Shown one piece after another: positions 1-9,925 of a DNA stretch of 64,000 nt. Position 1 is the first letter of the stretch; the number at the start of each line of letters is the position of its first letter. Under the pieces are notes generated by a model. That model did no database searches. It was not told the origin of the DNA and saw only the letters and a list, made by a program, of their open reading frames with translations. The position numbers and the translations under genes are program-made. This DNA is from Nitrosopumilus sp. (GTDB lineage: Archaea; Thermoproteota; Nitrososphaeria; Nitrososphaerales; Nitrosopumilaceae): contig OZ242041.1 of NCBI GenBank assembly GCA_965205215.1, positions 320,001-384,000 of the forward strand. The letters run 5' to 3'.

Positions 1-1296
1 TCATTTTTGTTCCTCCCCTCCCTCTCTCTTCCCCCCCTCTCCGTCCAGCTCGAGCGCCGCCGCGGCCTCGTCAGTCACGCGCTCCCGGTAGACCGTGAGC
101 GGCTCGTTCTCAAGGGCCGGCCTGCCCAATATGTCAAGCAGCCTCTTTGCAAGTTCCGCCCCCCTCCTGCCGGTCAGCCCCGCGGCCCCGGAGTCGACCT
201 GGCCTATGTTCTCCCCAAAGGTGTTTACGGCAATCTCCTCGGCGGTCTCCCCCTTTGACTCCGTTATCTCGTACTCGGCGGAGGACAGCTGGCGCCTGCT
301 GATCTTCACCTCGACTGCGCCCCTTCCCTGCAGGTTGCCCGATATGGCCGCAAAGTCGACGTCTGTGGTCTTTCCCTCCGACATCCTGCCGGACACGCTC
401 AGTATCACTACCTTGTCGGCCGGCTCGACGCCCGCAAGTCTCTGGTCGATCTCCTCGCTTACGGCATGCGACGTCTTGTGGGTTGCGTTTACCCGTATCA
501 TGTCATACTCGCAGTTCTTTATCCCGATCTGCCGCACGTCCGTGATGCCGGTATCGTCAAACTCGGCCAGCACGTACCCGCGCGTGGCGCCGCGCGCATT
601 CTCCTCCAGGTCCGAGTGGAACCCGGCAAACGTCGTGCCGGGATACACCACGTGCGGGTAATTCTCAAACGACTCGTGGCGGAACCGATGTATGTGGCCG
701 CCAGCGTAATAGTCAAAATTCCGGGGCATGTACGACAGTGGCATGGCCGCGTCCGCCGCCTGGGCCGCGTCGTCGGCCGTGCGCATCTCGGAGACCGGCC
801 CGTGGAACATGAATATGCGGAGGCCCCGCTCTGCCTCCAGCGGGCCGCGGTCGAGCTTTTCATAATACGTGATGTCCTTTGACGCGCCAAGCCCGCTGAT
901 GCCGGCAAGCTTCGCGCCCGTCTTTTCATCAGTGACAAACCCCAGTGACATGGTGCCGTCGTCGTTGCTCGTGAGCCTTTGGACGTTTGTGATGTAGCCC
1001 GTCTCCGCAAGCAGGTCGATGACGGAGGTGGCCGACGGGGAAAAGTCGTGGCTGCCGTATATCGCGTATACGGGAATGCCTGCCTCGTGCACCCTGCGCA
1101 GTGCCGCGAACGCGAACTTTTGCACCCGCATCTCCGGTATGTTGACGTGGAACGTGTCGCCGCATATCAGGATAAAGTCGACTGAGCGCTCTATGCAGTC
1201 GTCCAGCGCGCTCTCAAATACGTCCTGCTCTACGCCCTGGAGCGGCCTTGACTTTTGGAACCCCAGGTGCATGTCCGAAAAGTGCGCAAACTTCAC
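1..1296 (-). CDS. mre11: Mre11 DNA double-strand break repair nuclease
   Basis: Metallophosphoesterase motifs SDMHLG, GDTFH, GSHD, GHIH, YPG; 4-nt overlap with herA. Confidence 0.93.
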   Translation of the reverse strand: MKFAHFSDMHLGFQKSRPLQGVEQDVFESALDDCIERSVDFILICGDTFHVNIPEMRVQKFAFAALRRVHEAGIPVYAIYGSHDFSPSATSVIDLLAETGYITNVQRLTSNDDGTMSLGFVTDEKTGAKLAGISGLGASKDITYYEKLDRGPLEAERGLRIFMFHGPVSEMRTADDAAQAADAAMPLSYMPRNFDYYAGGHIHRFRHESFENYPHVVYPGTTFAGFHSDLEENARGATRGYVLAEFDDTGITDVRQIGIKNCEYDMIRVNATHKTSHAVSEEIDQRLAGVEPADKVVILSVSGRMSEGKTTDVDFAAISGNLQGRGAVEVKISRRQLSSAEYEITESKGETAEEIAVNTFGENIGQVDSGAAGLTGRRGAELAKRLLDILGRPALENEPLTVYRERVTDEAAAALELDGEGGKREGGEEQK

Positions 1297-3104
1297 TGCC
1301 CGAACACCCTCACCCGCTGGTTGTTGCCGCGCCCTGTGGCCCCCGCATCCGTCGCTGCCGCCCCCGCACCACCCGCCAGATCCTCGAACTTTGGGACCTT
1401 GATCGGTATCGCAAACGGGACGAATATGCTGGTTATGATGGCCTCGCCCCTGTCCAGGCTCGCTATGTTCTTGTCGTCGCTTGACAGGTCCTGGGACGCG
1501 GACGCTATCAGGGCCTCACGCTCCTGCTTCATCTCGTTGCCCAGTATGATCTTCGTGTTCATGTTGGCCAGTATGGCCTTTGGGATCACGCTTGCAAGCT
1601 GCGTGACGGCCACGAGCCCCACCTGGAACTTGCGCCCTTCCCGCGCTATCGTGGCGTATATGTTGTCGTTCTTTGACGCAAGCACGTCCTCGCCTATCAC
1701 GCGGGGCGCCTCCTCGATTACGATGGACGTGACGGGCTTCTGGCTCAGCGTGCCCTGGGTCTTGTAATACTTGTACCTTTCAAGTAGGCTCGTCGCGACT
1801 ATGTTTCCGACCACGAGCTCCGCCGCGCTGTTAAGCTGCGACGTGTCAAGCACGACTATCTTGCCGGACTCCATGTCGTGCACGATGTCCTGTACGGTGC
1901 TGGCGCCCTTCGTGTCCGGATCAAACACGGCGTTCCTGGAGTGCATCGTGCGGCTTTTCTTGCCCGTTGTGTATATGTCAAGCGTCATCTCCAGCTTGCG
2001 CCGCACGACTGACATGGTGGAGCGCGCCGGACTGTCACTGTCACGGCTGCCCTTGCCGCCCTTGTTGTTGGCGCCGTCGCTGCTGCTGTCATTACTGTCA
2101 TGGTGGTTGGCGCCGGCCTCCCGCGGGGCACCATCGTAATCGTCATCGCCGTTATGGTCGTGCGGGCCTTCGGCTGCTGCAGCATCAGCGGTGTCGTCAC
2201 CGACGTGGCCTGCGGCCCCCATTATGGCCGCGATCCAGTCCTCGCCGTGCGTGGCGTAAAACCCGTGTATGGCCCTCAGCTGCGCGTCGGAGAACTCTAC
2301 GATCCCCTCAAAATGGCGCGGCTCCACGGCCCTGATGTTTATCGAAAACGTGCGCGCCCCGGGCAGCGTGCGGCGCTCCGTGGTATAGTACACCAGCCTG
2401 TCCGCCGCACTGCCGTGGTTCTTGAGCCCCCTGCCCGTCTTGCCATAGTACTCGTCGTGGGCGTCAAGCACCAGGATCCCGACCCTAGTCCCCGAGTCCA
2501 TCACGTTCCACAGCATCGACTTTACCAGGTTGGACTTGCCCCTGCCCGTGGTGGCCGGAATCAGCACGTGGTGCTTGAATATGTCCCTGACCGGCAGCAT
2601 GACCCTGGCGTCCTCTATCACCTCCGAGCCGCTCCTTATGCTTCCAACAAAGAGGCCGTCCTGGTTTCTCTTCTCCAAAAACGCCAGATCCTCCCTCCTG
2701 ACGGGCCTCAGCGTGCTGTGAAACGGGGGCAGCGCCTTGGGGGTGCTGACAGGCACGTCCCCGTCACCGTCGGGCGCCGTCCCCACCCTGGCAAGCGGCC
2801 TTATGCTTGCGATCACATAGTTTACAATGTCCGGCTCGTAGAACGTGGATTCCCCAGGCTGCCCCTCATCCTCCTCTAGCGTCACGCCCGATATCATCTC
2901 GTGCATCTTGTCGTCTATCTGCGACGCGTACCTCAGGTCAAAGACGGACAGGACAAGGTTGTCTCCCGTCTCTCTCTCCTCCAGGACCAGTATGTCGCCG
3001 ATCTCCAAGGTCGCGCCCGCCTTCTGCCGCACCAGAATCTGGCCGAACCCGCCCCCGATCACCTGGCCCATCACGTCAAGACTGCCGGCCCGCCCCCTCA
3101 TCAC
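1293..3104 (-). CDS. herA: HerA bipolar helicase/ATPase
   Basis: N-terminal HAS-barrel-like region, Walker A ATTGRGKS, LDAHDEY, IEEAP, AREGRKF; between nurA and mre11. Confidence 0.92.
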   Translation of the reverse strand: MMRGRAGSLDVMGQVIGGGFGQILVRQKAGATLEIGDILVLEERETGDNLVLSVFDLRYASQIDDKMHEMISGVTLEEDEGQPGESTFYEPDIVNYVIASIRPLARVGTAPDGDGDVPVSTPKALPPFHSTLRPVRREDLAFLEKRNQDGLFVGSIRSGSEVIEDARVMLPVRDIFKHHVLIPATTGRGKSNLVKSMLWNVMDSGTRVGILVLDAHDEYYGKTGRGLKNHGSAADRLVYYTTERRTLPGARTFSINIRAVEPRHFEGIVEFSDAQLRAIHGFYATHGEDWIAAIMGAAGHVGDDTADAAAAEGPHDHNGDDDYDGAPREAGANHHDSNDSSSDGANNKGGKGSRDSDSPARSTMSVVRRKLEMTLDIYTTGKKSRTMHSRNAVFDPDTKGASTVQDIVHDMESGKIVVLDTSQLNSAAELVVGNIVATSLLERYKYYKTQGTLSQKPVTSIVIEEAPRVIGEDVLASKNDNIYATIAREGRKFQVGLVAVTQLASVIPKAILANMNTKIILGNEMKQEREALIASASQDLSSDDKNIASLDRGEAIITSIFVPFAIPIKVPKFEDLAGGAGAAATDAGATGRGNNQRVRVFGQ

Positions 3105-4354
3105 CCGGTCACCCTGTTGAGAATGTCATGGAATATAATCGAATCAGGGTGGCGCGCCAGCACGCGCCGCCGCTCCGGACGCCCCTCCATGCGGGCGTAG
3201 AGGGAGCGCCTGTACATTGCGGCCTCCTTTTTGCGCACCTGCGCGTGCTTGTCCGCGTCGATCAGCCCGTACGGATACCCCAGTGCCGCAACGTCGCCAG
3301 AGTTGGCCGCCAAGCTCCAGAACACGGCGTTTCGCTGGGCGCCGTCCATCTCCCGAAACTGCTTGTACAGCACGTCAATCCGGAATACAAACCGCGACCT
3401 TGGATGGAGCTTTGCCGCAAGCATCGAGGTCAGGCCGTCACCGAACATCCCTTCGGCGACGGGGACGTACCACCGGTCATGCCCCGCCTTGGCGGCGATC
3501 TCCGACACGCGCGCCAGCAGCGGCTCGCCGGACTCTGTAAGCAGCCGGGTGGTCTTTGCAAGCCCGCATACTATGACACCCCTCTTCACAGCCGTATCGT
3601 ACAGCCTGCCGGCATACTGCCTCTCGACGTCAAGCGAGGTCTGAAGCGAGCCGTCCAAGACCAGTATGTCGCCTGGTTCAAGCTCGTCAGACGCTATCCG
3701 GGTCGCGAGCCTGATCTCGGCAAGCCGCCTGGCAAGCGAGGCAAGCGGGGCGGAGCCGTCAAGGGCCGTGGTCTTGCCGTCCGAGATTGAGAGGAGCGCG
3801 TCCCTGTCAGGAAGGCATCCAAGGAACCCTTGCCCGTACGGGTAGATCCGGGTGTCGAATCTCAGCGGTTCCGGGGGACTTGCGCTGCCGTCATTGCCAT
3901 CGTCACTGCCATCGCTGTCATCATCATCATCGCGCGTGCCGCCGCGTGCTGCAGTATCGCCTGCATGCGGCAGCACGCACGACAGGAATGTCGTCGTCTT
4001 CTGCCTCGTCGAACCGTCACCGTCGCGGCCGTTGCCTTGGCCGCCATCTCCCATGCGATCGCGCATTCCGATCTTCTCGGCTCCCCGAAATACGGAACAA
4101 TACACTCGATTAAGCACGATCAGGTAATCCGGCACCTCGGCCAGTACCCCGTTGCCGCCGTCGACAAAGGCTGCCCTTCTGGGAGGCGACGAATCGGGCC
4201 TTATGCCTACAAACCCCGACGGCCTTATCTCAAACCGGGTTTTTGCCACGGCCCGCACTCTGTCGACGTGCGCACGCGCGGTGGTATGTAACTCGAGATC
4301 AGACAGCAACCGCTTGAGCGGATCGCTGTCTCTGTCGTTGTTATTGTCATTCAC
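3101..4354 (-). CDS. nurA: NurA 5'-3' nuclease
   Basis: AFVDGG, LDGSL, GLAKT, GYPYGLIDAD motifs; GTG start; overlaps herA by 4 nt. Confidence 0.9.
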   Translation of the reverse strand: MNDNNNDRDSDPLKRLLSDLELHTTARAHVDRVRAVAKTRFEIRPSGFVGIRPDSSPPRRAAFVDGGNGVLAEVPDYLIVLNRVYCSVFRGAEKIGMRDRMGDGGQGNGRDGDGSTRQKTTTFLSCVLPHAGDTAARGGTRDDDDDSDGSDDGNDGSASPPEPLRFDTRIYPYGQGFLGCLPDRDALLSISDGKTTALDGSAPLASLARRLAEIRLATRIASDELEPGDILVLDGSLQTSLDVERQYAGRLYDTAVKRGVIVCGLAKTTRLLTESGEPLLARVSEIAAKAGHDRWYVPVAEGMFGDGLTSMLAAKLHPRSRFVFRIDVLYKQFREMDGAQRNAVFWSLAANSGDVAALGYPYGLIDADKHAQVRKKEAAMYRRSLYARMEGRPERRRVLARHPDSIIFHDILNRVTG

Positions 4355-4544
4355 AAGATGGCAGTCATGCTAGGACTATTAAGAGTGCGCAACGCGGATT
4401 CGCTTATGGGGGACGCCTGCCACATCAATGTCAAAAAAACAAGTCGCATATACAAAGGAGCGAGAATATCCTCCCGTCGCATGCAGCTGGGGACACGGCG
4501 TGGCGGCGGCCAGAATACATCACGGGAAAGCCAGGCGGCATCGG

Positions 4545-6911
4545 CTAGTCAAGCAGGACCACCGGCCTCTGGGTCAGCCCGATCACCTCCATGGTGACGT
4601 GCCCCATCGGCTCGTCGGTGCCGCCGAGTCCGCGGCGGCCCATCGCCACGAGGTCGACGTTGAGTCTGTCGGCCGTCTCTGCAATCTTTTTTGCAGGCAT
4701 GCCGAGCTTTACGATCCGGGTGCAGCTATGCACCTCCTGCGGGACCGACACGCTGCGCAGGACTATGCGTCCCTCCTCGCGCATCTGGCTGCTCAGCTGC
4801 TCGTCCATGTCCTCCTCGCCGCCTGCATCGTCCTCGTCGGCCCATTCCATCACGTACAGGAGGTAGACCCTTAGCGCCGAGACGTCCCTCAGAAGGCGGT
4901 TTGCGTTGTTGAGCGCGCGCAACGAGCCGATGGAGCCGTCCACAGGAACCAGCACCTTGAGCAGGGACTGCGCTCCCGCGGCATCGGCGCCGCGCGCGCG
5001 GACTGCCCCATGCGGCCCCTCGCCATGCTGCCGCCGCGCATACGCGGGATCCTCGCGCCCGTCCGCGCCGAAGATCTTGGACGCAATCTCCCTTACGCTG
5101 CGGCGGGCCTCCAGTATGGGCAGCGCAATAACTGCCATGGCCCCGGCCGCGGCCCACACTACGGCCATGACCACCCACGCGGTAAACGAGGACTCGGTGA
5201 ACACGTACTCGGTAAGGTAGAGCGAGGCGGGCCACACTATAACCAAGAATACCGAGACCCCCAGGCCTATCCGCTTTGACAGCGCAGACATGCGCGCGAG
5301 CCTGCGCTCGTCCGCGTCGCGCCGCAGCATGGAGCGGATCCTGTCGTCGGCGAGAAGTATGCGCTGCTTGAGGTCCCTAAAGTCGAACCTCTCCGGAAAC
5401 ATGATGCTGCCAACAACCGTGACGATCAGGCCCGTCAGTATGGACACGACGTTTCCGGCAAGCAGCGGAATGGAGCTGCCGGTGGACAGTATGCTGATCT
5501 CCCCGTATATGGCCGACGCCGAACCCAGCCAGGCCCCGACCCCGGCTACCAGGCCCGTCACGGCCGCCGCGGTGGCGGCGTTCCTGTTTGTGCGGCCCCA
5601 CAGTATCGACAGGGAGATGGGGGCGACTGCCGACCCTATCAGGATTCCCATCATCAGGTACACGTACTGCAGGCTGACGCCCAGCTGGAAGAGCATGGAC
5701 GCCATCAGGCCCATCCCCGCCCCGAACAGCAGTATGGCGTATCTGGAGACGCGCATCAGCTCCCTGCCCGTGGCCGACGGCTTGAGGTACGTCCGGAACA
5801 CGTCGTATGTCATCAGCGACGAGACGCTGACCAGCTGCGAGGATCCGGCCGCGGTCACGGCCGTAAACACTATGGCGAGTATCAGGATGGCGCCCACGTC
5901 TCCCATGATCTCCGCGGCCGCGGTGGGCGCGACGAGGCCCAGCCCTATCTGATCCTCGCTCAGGGTCACGCCGGTGGCAATGGCGGCCAGCCCCAGCGTG
6001 GTGGCAAGCGTGAACGGTATCGCAAACCATACCAGCCCCCCGATGATAAAGCCCCCCACCACGGAGCGTGACCTGGCCGCGATCGCGCGCTGCCAGTACG
6101 ACTGATCCACAAACACGGTGCCGAAGTTCCCCACGATGTTGATCACGCCAAACACTAGGGCCCCGGCCGACGCGAGCGTCAGGTAGCTTCCCATCGCGTT
6201 GCCCTCCACCGGGTTCAGTATGGCCGCGGCGGACAGCTTGTCGTACATGCCCGATATCCCCCCTATGTCCGGCGACACAAAGTAGATCACAGATACGAAC
6301 GCCAGCACGACCACGAAGATGAATCCCGCGTTGATGTACTCGGCAAAGAACGTGGCCTTGAGGCCGCCGAATATCGTATACAGCACGATCCCGACAGGCA
6401 GCAGGAACGCGGCAAGCGTAATGTCGACGCCGGTAAGCGAGTTGACGACGGCGGCCCCGCCGAGCACGAGCATGGCGGTCACAAGCGTGTTTGTCATGAG
6501 TCCGAAGAGCAGGAAGACCTTGTGCGCGTGCTTTCCGTACCTGACGTTTATCATCTCCGCGAACGTGTGGGTCATGGGGGCCCTCCGCTTCAGCTCGACG
6601 GCCAGTATCGAGAACAGTATGACTTGTATGCACGCGCCCGCCGCGTACCAGAACGAGCCGGCCACGCCGAACTCAAACGTTACAGTAGAGGACTGGAGCA
6701 GCGTGGCGGCCCACGTCCAGGCCGACACTATCGAGGCCGCAATCAGCCCGGTCTTTATGGTGCGGCCCGCGGTATAGAACCATTCGGAGGTCTTGCGCGT
6801 GCCGAGCCACTTGGTCTCGGCCTTTACCATCAGCGTGACGGTCAGGGCCATCACAAGCCCCACCCCTATCATCACCAGAAACCCGACGTTCTCGGGGAGT
6901 ATCGCGGCCAA
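4545..6911 (-). CDS. Sodium:solute symporter (DUR3-like urea transporter) with C-terminal UspA domain
   Basis: Many TM helices; SAWTWAATLLQSS, GNFGTVFVDQSYWQRAIAA DUR3-type motifs; C-terminal VLVPVDGS...MGRRGLGG...MGHVT...RPVVLL Usp fold. Confidence 0.85.
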   Translation of the reverse strand: MAAILPENVGFLVMIGVGLVMALTVTLMVKAETKWLGTRKTSEWFYTAGRTIKTGLIAASIVSAWTWAATLLQSSTVTFEFGVAGSFWYAAGACIQVILFSILAVELKRRAPMTHTFAEMINVRYGKHAHKVFLLFGLMTNTLVTAMLVLGGAAVVNSLTGVDITLAAFLLPVGIVLYTIFGGLKATFFAEYINAGFIFVVVLAFVSVIYFVSPDIGGISGMYDKLSAAAILNPVEGNAMGSYLTLASAGALVFGVINIVGNFGTVFVDQSYWQRAIAARSRSVVGGFIIGGLVWFAIPFTLATTLGLAAIATGVTLSEDQIGLGLVAPTAAAEIMGDVGAILILAIVFTAVTAAGSSQLVSVSSLMTYDVFRTYLKPSATGRELMRVSRYAILLFGAGMGLMASMLFQLGVSLQYVYLMMGILIGSAVAPISLSILWGRTNRNAATAAAVTGLVAGVGAWLGSASAIYGEISILSTGSSIPLLAGNVVSILTGLIVTVVGSIMFPERFDFRDLKQRILLADDRIRSMLRRDADERRLARMSALSKRIGLGVSVFLVIVWPASLYLTEYVFTESSFTAWVVMAVVWAAAGAMAVIALPILEARRSVREIASKIFGADGREDPAYARRQHGEGPHGAVRARGADAAGAQSLLKVLVPVDGSIGSLRALNNANRLLRDVSALRVYLLYVMEWADEDDAGGEEDMDEQLSSQMREEGRIVLRSVSVPQEVHSCTRIVKLGMPAKKIAETADRLNVDLVAMGRRGLGGTDEPMGHVTMEVIGLTQRPVVLLD

Positions 6912-7278
6912 GCAGAGAATCAGGCACGCACTAGTATTAAAATGCGGCCCGGCTTCCAGAGTATGAGTTCACGTCCTCCTGCAATCAGGCGCAAATCCCA
7001 CACTGTAACCGTCCTCTACGCACGACATGCGGGCCCATGCTTTCCCGCTGGCTGCCATGCCCCGTTTGTCCGTGCGTCCCGCTGCCCGCCGTTGCGCATG
7101 TGGGGCATCACGCCATGCCACTGCTGCTGCCGCCTACGCCGCACGCCACACTGCCGCTCATTCGTACGGCCAACCGCCCGGCTATGCGCGTCAAGCCCAG
7201 CCTAGGCACAGGACGGCGTAGGAGCCGCCGATCAAAAAAGTACATATGAGATGCCATACCATACCATACAGAAAGATC

Positions 7279-7818
7279 ATGGTTGACAGGATTGACGAGA
7301 TGATAATCTCGGCTCTGAGCCAGGACGCCAGACAGTCCGTGTTCGAGCTCTGGGATCGCGTCAGGGGGTTCGGATACAGCGTCACGGAAGAGGAGATAGA
7401 GTCCCGCAAGCAGGCCCTGGAGGACAGCGGCGTCATAAAGGGATATACGATATCGGTGGACACCAAAAAGCTGCCCGGCCGCGTCATACGCGTCGACCTG
7501 GTCACGTTCAGGACATCCCAGGCGCTGCAAAAGAGGCTGGAGGGGCTCAAGCGTTACCTGCAGGACGCGCCGTTCGTGGCGTTCTCCGGCAGGACCAGGG
7601 GCGGGTACGACTGGATTACCATAAAATCATTTCTGAGCGCGGAGATGGCCGACGAGGAGAACGACATTTACCGTAACCTGTTCGGCGACATACTCCAGAC
7701 ATACGAGGTCTATGACTTTGTGCCGCAATCAGAGGCGTCGCTTTATTCCATGTCGTATACCGAAAAAGAATATCAGGAATTCCTCAAAGAGTGGATCCCG
7801 CCGTTCATCGGCAAATAA
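7279..7818 (+). CDS. Lrp/AsnC-family transcriptional regulator
   Basis: DEMIISALSQDARQS...LEDSGVIKGYTI winged-helix signature; start taken at ATG 7279. Confidence 0.8.
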   Translation: MVDRIDEMIISALSQDARQSVFELWDRVRGFGYSVTEEEIESRKQALEDSGVIKGYTISVDTKKLPGRVIRVDLVTFRTSQALQKRLEGLKRYLQDAPFVAFSGRTRGGYDWITIKSFLSAEMADEENDIYRNLFGDILQTYEVYDFVPQSEASLYSMSYTEKEYQEFLKEWIPPFIGK

Positions 7819-7879
7819 CGTCGCCGCGTGCAAAAGGACTGCAGTGTCGCGGCGCGCGTAATAATATTGTAAGTAGGTT

Positions 7880-8815
7880 CTATGCGGCCGCTCGGTGCTC
7901 CCGCTTGTACCTCAGCGCGTCGTCTATCATCGCGTGCGCCTGCATCCTCATCTTCATCAGGAACTGTATCAGCTCAACCTGGCTGTGCGGTCCGTCCCTG
8001 CCCGCATCCTCTATCAGCTCGTCGATCCTTGAGAGCGTAATCCTGAGCGCGAGGATGCTGCGCTTTACGACGGCGGCCTCCCTTGTCTTGGCCGCGGCCG
8101 CGCCGGCGGCATCGTCGTGCACGGCGGGCCGCGCCCCTTCCGACCATCCGGGGGGCGCCATTCCCGAATAGTCGTACGCCTCTGCCTGCTTTAGCTGGCC
8201 CTTGACCCGACGTATCTGCTTGACTGTCATCTTGTTGTCTATGATCTCCTGCGCCAGCTCCGAGGCGCGGCCGCCTAGCGCGGTGTCGGTCAGCTCAAGG
8301 GCCTGGCTGATTCCCAGCACGCGATCCCTCACCCTGTTGCGCACATCCTCAGGCAGTCTCAGCAGCTGTATCCTGTGCGAGACGTACTCTTCGCTCTTTC
8401 CTATCCGCCTCCCAAGCTCGCTGACGCCGCCCCATCCAAAGTCATCCACGTACCGCTGGTACGACATGGCCTCCTCGACCGGGTCGATCGTCTTGCGCTG
8501 GAGGTTCTCGGTAAGCTGCACCTCGTACGCCTCCTTGTCGTCAAACTCCACAATCTTGCACTGTATGAACCTCCATCTGAGCGACCTGCATGCGGCAAAC
8601 CTGCGGTGCCCCGCAACAATCTCAAAGCCCCGCTCAAGCGGGCGCACTACTATGGGCTGCAGCAGCCCGTGATCCCTGATGCTGGCCTTGAGGGCCTCAA
8701 TCTCAGGGGAGTCCTTCGGGTCGGGGCTGCGGGTGGGGAACTTTGACGGCCTTACCATCCTCAACTCTATGGGTTCTACAAGCGAGTTATCGTACGGTTC
8801 CATAATTACAGCCAA
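7880..8815 (-). CDS. ParB/RepB/Spo0J-family protein
   Basis: GLLQPIVVR, IVAGHRR, ENLQR, HTH ELGRRIGKSEEYVS. Confidence 0.88.
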   Translation of the reverse strand: MAVIMEPYDNSLVEPIELRMVRPSKFPTRSPDPKDSPEIEALKASIRDHGLLQPIVVRPLERGFEIVAGHRRFAACRSLRWRFIQCKIVEFDDKEAYEVQLTENLQRKTIDPVEEAMSYQRYVDDFGWGGVSELGRRIGKSEEYVSHRIQLLRLPEDVRNRVRDRVLGISQALELTDTALGGRASELAQEIIDNKMTVKQIRRVKGQLKQAEAYDYSGMAPPGWSEGARPAVHDDAAGAAAAKTREAAVVKRSILALRITLSRIDELIEDAGRDGPHSQVELIQFLMKMRMQAHAMIDDALRYKREHRAAA

Positions 8816-9050
8816 ACCATATACGTGTGCGGAATATTTATCATTTTTATAGCCATATTGTGATCGGCCGTGCCGGAGTGCGTCTCAGTCACGGGAATCA
8901 TAACTGCTGTCAAAAAGGATCATGCCAGACGTTACGCGGTCCGAATGTCCGCCGCAGGTCCTCCGTATGCCCCGCGCCGGCATGGCTCTCCCTTTTCTGG
9001 CATGACAGGCCTTTCTCCGCGTTATTATATGGGAATTCTTCATGCCGTGT

Positions 9051-9212
9051 ATGACCAGCTATATCGAGATCTACTGCTCCAGCTGCAAAAAGACGCTTGG
9101 CAGGTACAATACCAAGTTTTACAACGACGACAAGATAAGGGATCTGCTAAAGACCGCCCATTCGGTGCACGTAAGGGACGGCCACACCGTGGATATGAGG
9201 AGGACGGACTAG
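9051..9212 (+). CDS. 53-aa small protein with CxxC and His cluster (putative Zn binding); not in ORF track
   Basis: Read directly: MTSYIEIYCSSCKKTLGRYNTKFYNDDKIRDLLKTAHSVHVRDGHTVDMRRTD; TTATTATA at about 9022-9029 upstream. Confidence 0.75.
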   Translation: MTSYIEIYCSSCKKTLGRYNTKFYNDDKIRDLLKTAHSVHVRDGHTVDMRRTD

Positions 9213-9284
9213 AGGATTCTGCCGATGCTGCGTCACCGTAGAGCCGTCGCCACGCGCACCGCAAGCATCTCCAGCAGAGACGCC

Positions 9285-9920
9285 TTACTGGCCGCCGTGG
9301 TAGTCACCCCCGGGCGCCATGCGGGCGGCGGCCTCCGCTGCCTGCCTGAGGCTCGACACCCTGACTAGCCGCGGCGGGGATTCTGCAACCGTGGTGTTCC
9401 ACGGCTGCGTGTACAGGATCACCCGCTTGCCGTTGCGCAAAAACGCCTCCGCGTTTACGGGCGAGTCGTCTATGAACACGTCATAGTCCAGATCGGCCTT
9501 CATGTGTCCGGCCGCCACGTGCACGTACCTCCGGTACGATATATCGTGAAGCTTGAGCCACATCCTTACGTGCCTGTTCGTTGCCGGCGACCGGGCCGTG
9601 ACGATGTCCACCGCGCCTATGCGCGACAGCCCCTCCGTCGCACGGGCCAGATCCGGCTCCGTGGGGGGCAGGGAGTCCCATTCGTTCCAGCATGCGTCAA
9701 GCTGGGCGTAAAAGTCCCGCTTCTTGACGCCGTATCTTGACCAAAAGTCCCAGCCGGTCATGTCCGACTTGGAGAGCGGGGCGAGCCTGCCGGGGTTTGT
9801 CATGCGCAGCCACGCCTGCATCACGTCGGCCAGCACGCCGTCCACGTCCAGGGCTATCCTGCAGCTGCCGTTATGGCCGTCGTCGTAGTCGTCACCACCG
9901 TCACCGCCGCCGCCGTTCAT
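9285..9920 (-). CDS. HAD-family 5'(3')-deoxyribonucleotidase-like phosphatase
   Basis: IALDVDGVLAD, IVTAR, K...FIDDSP, PWN. Confidence 0.85.
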   Translation of the reverse strand: MNGGGGDGGDDYDDGHNGSCRIALDVDGVLADVMQAWLRMTNPGRLAPLSKSDMTGWDFWSRYGVKKRDFYAQLDACWNEWDSLPPTEPDLARATEGLSRIGAVDIVTARSPATNRHVRMWLKLHDISYRRYVHVAAGHMKADLDYDVFIDDSPVNAEAFLRNGKRVILYTQPWNTTVAESPPRLVRVSSLRQAAEAAARMAPGGDYHGGQ

Positions 9921-9925
9921 GGCGG

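Noticed and set aside
1-4354. rad50 missing from the nurA-herA-mre11 operon
   Set aside because: The window starts exactly at the mre11 stop; rad50 probably lies just outside
5377-6633. Long alternative-frame or antisense ORFs (also 21634-22815, 45603-46850, 54411-55574, 57262-58527)
   Set aside because: Shadow ORFs expected in GC-rich coding DNA; no recognisable motifs
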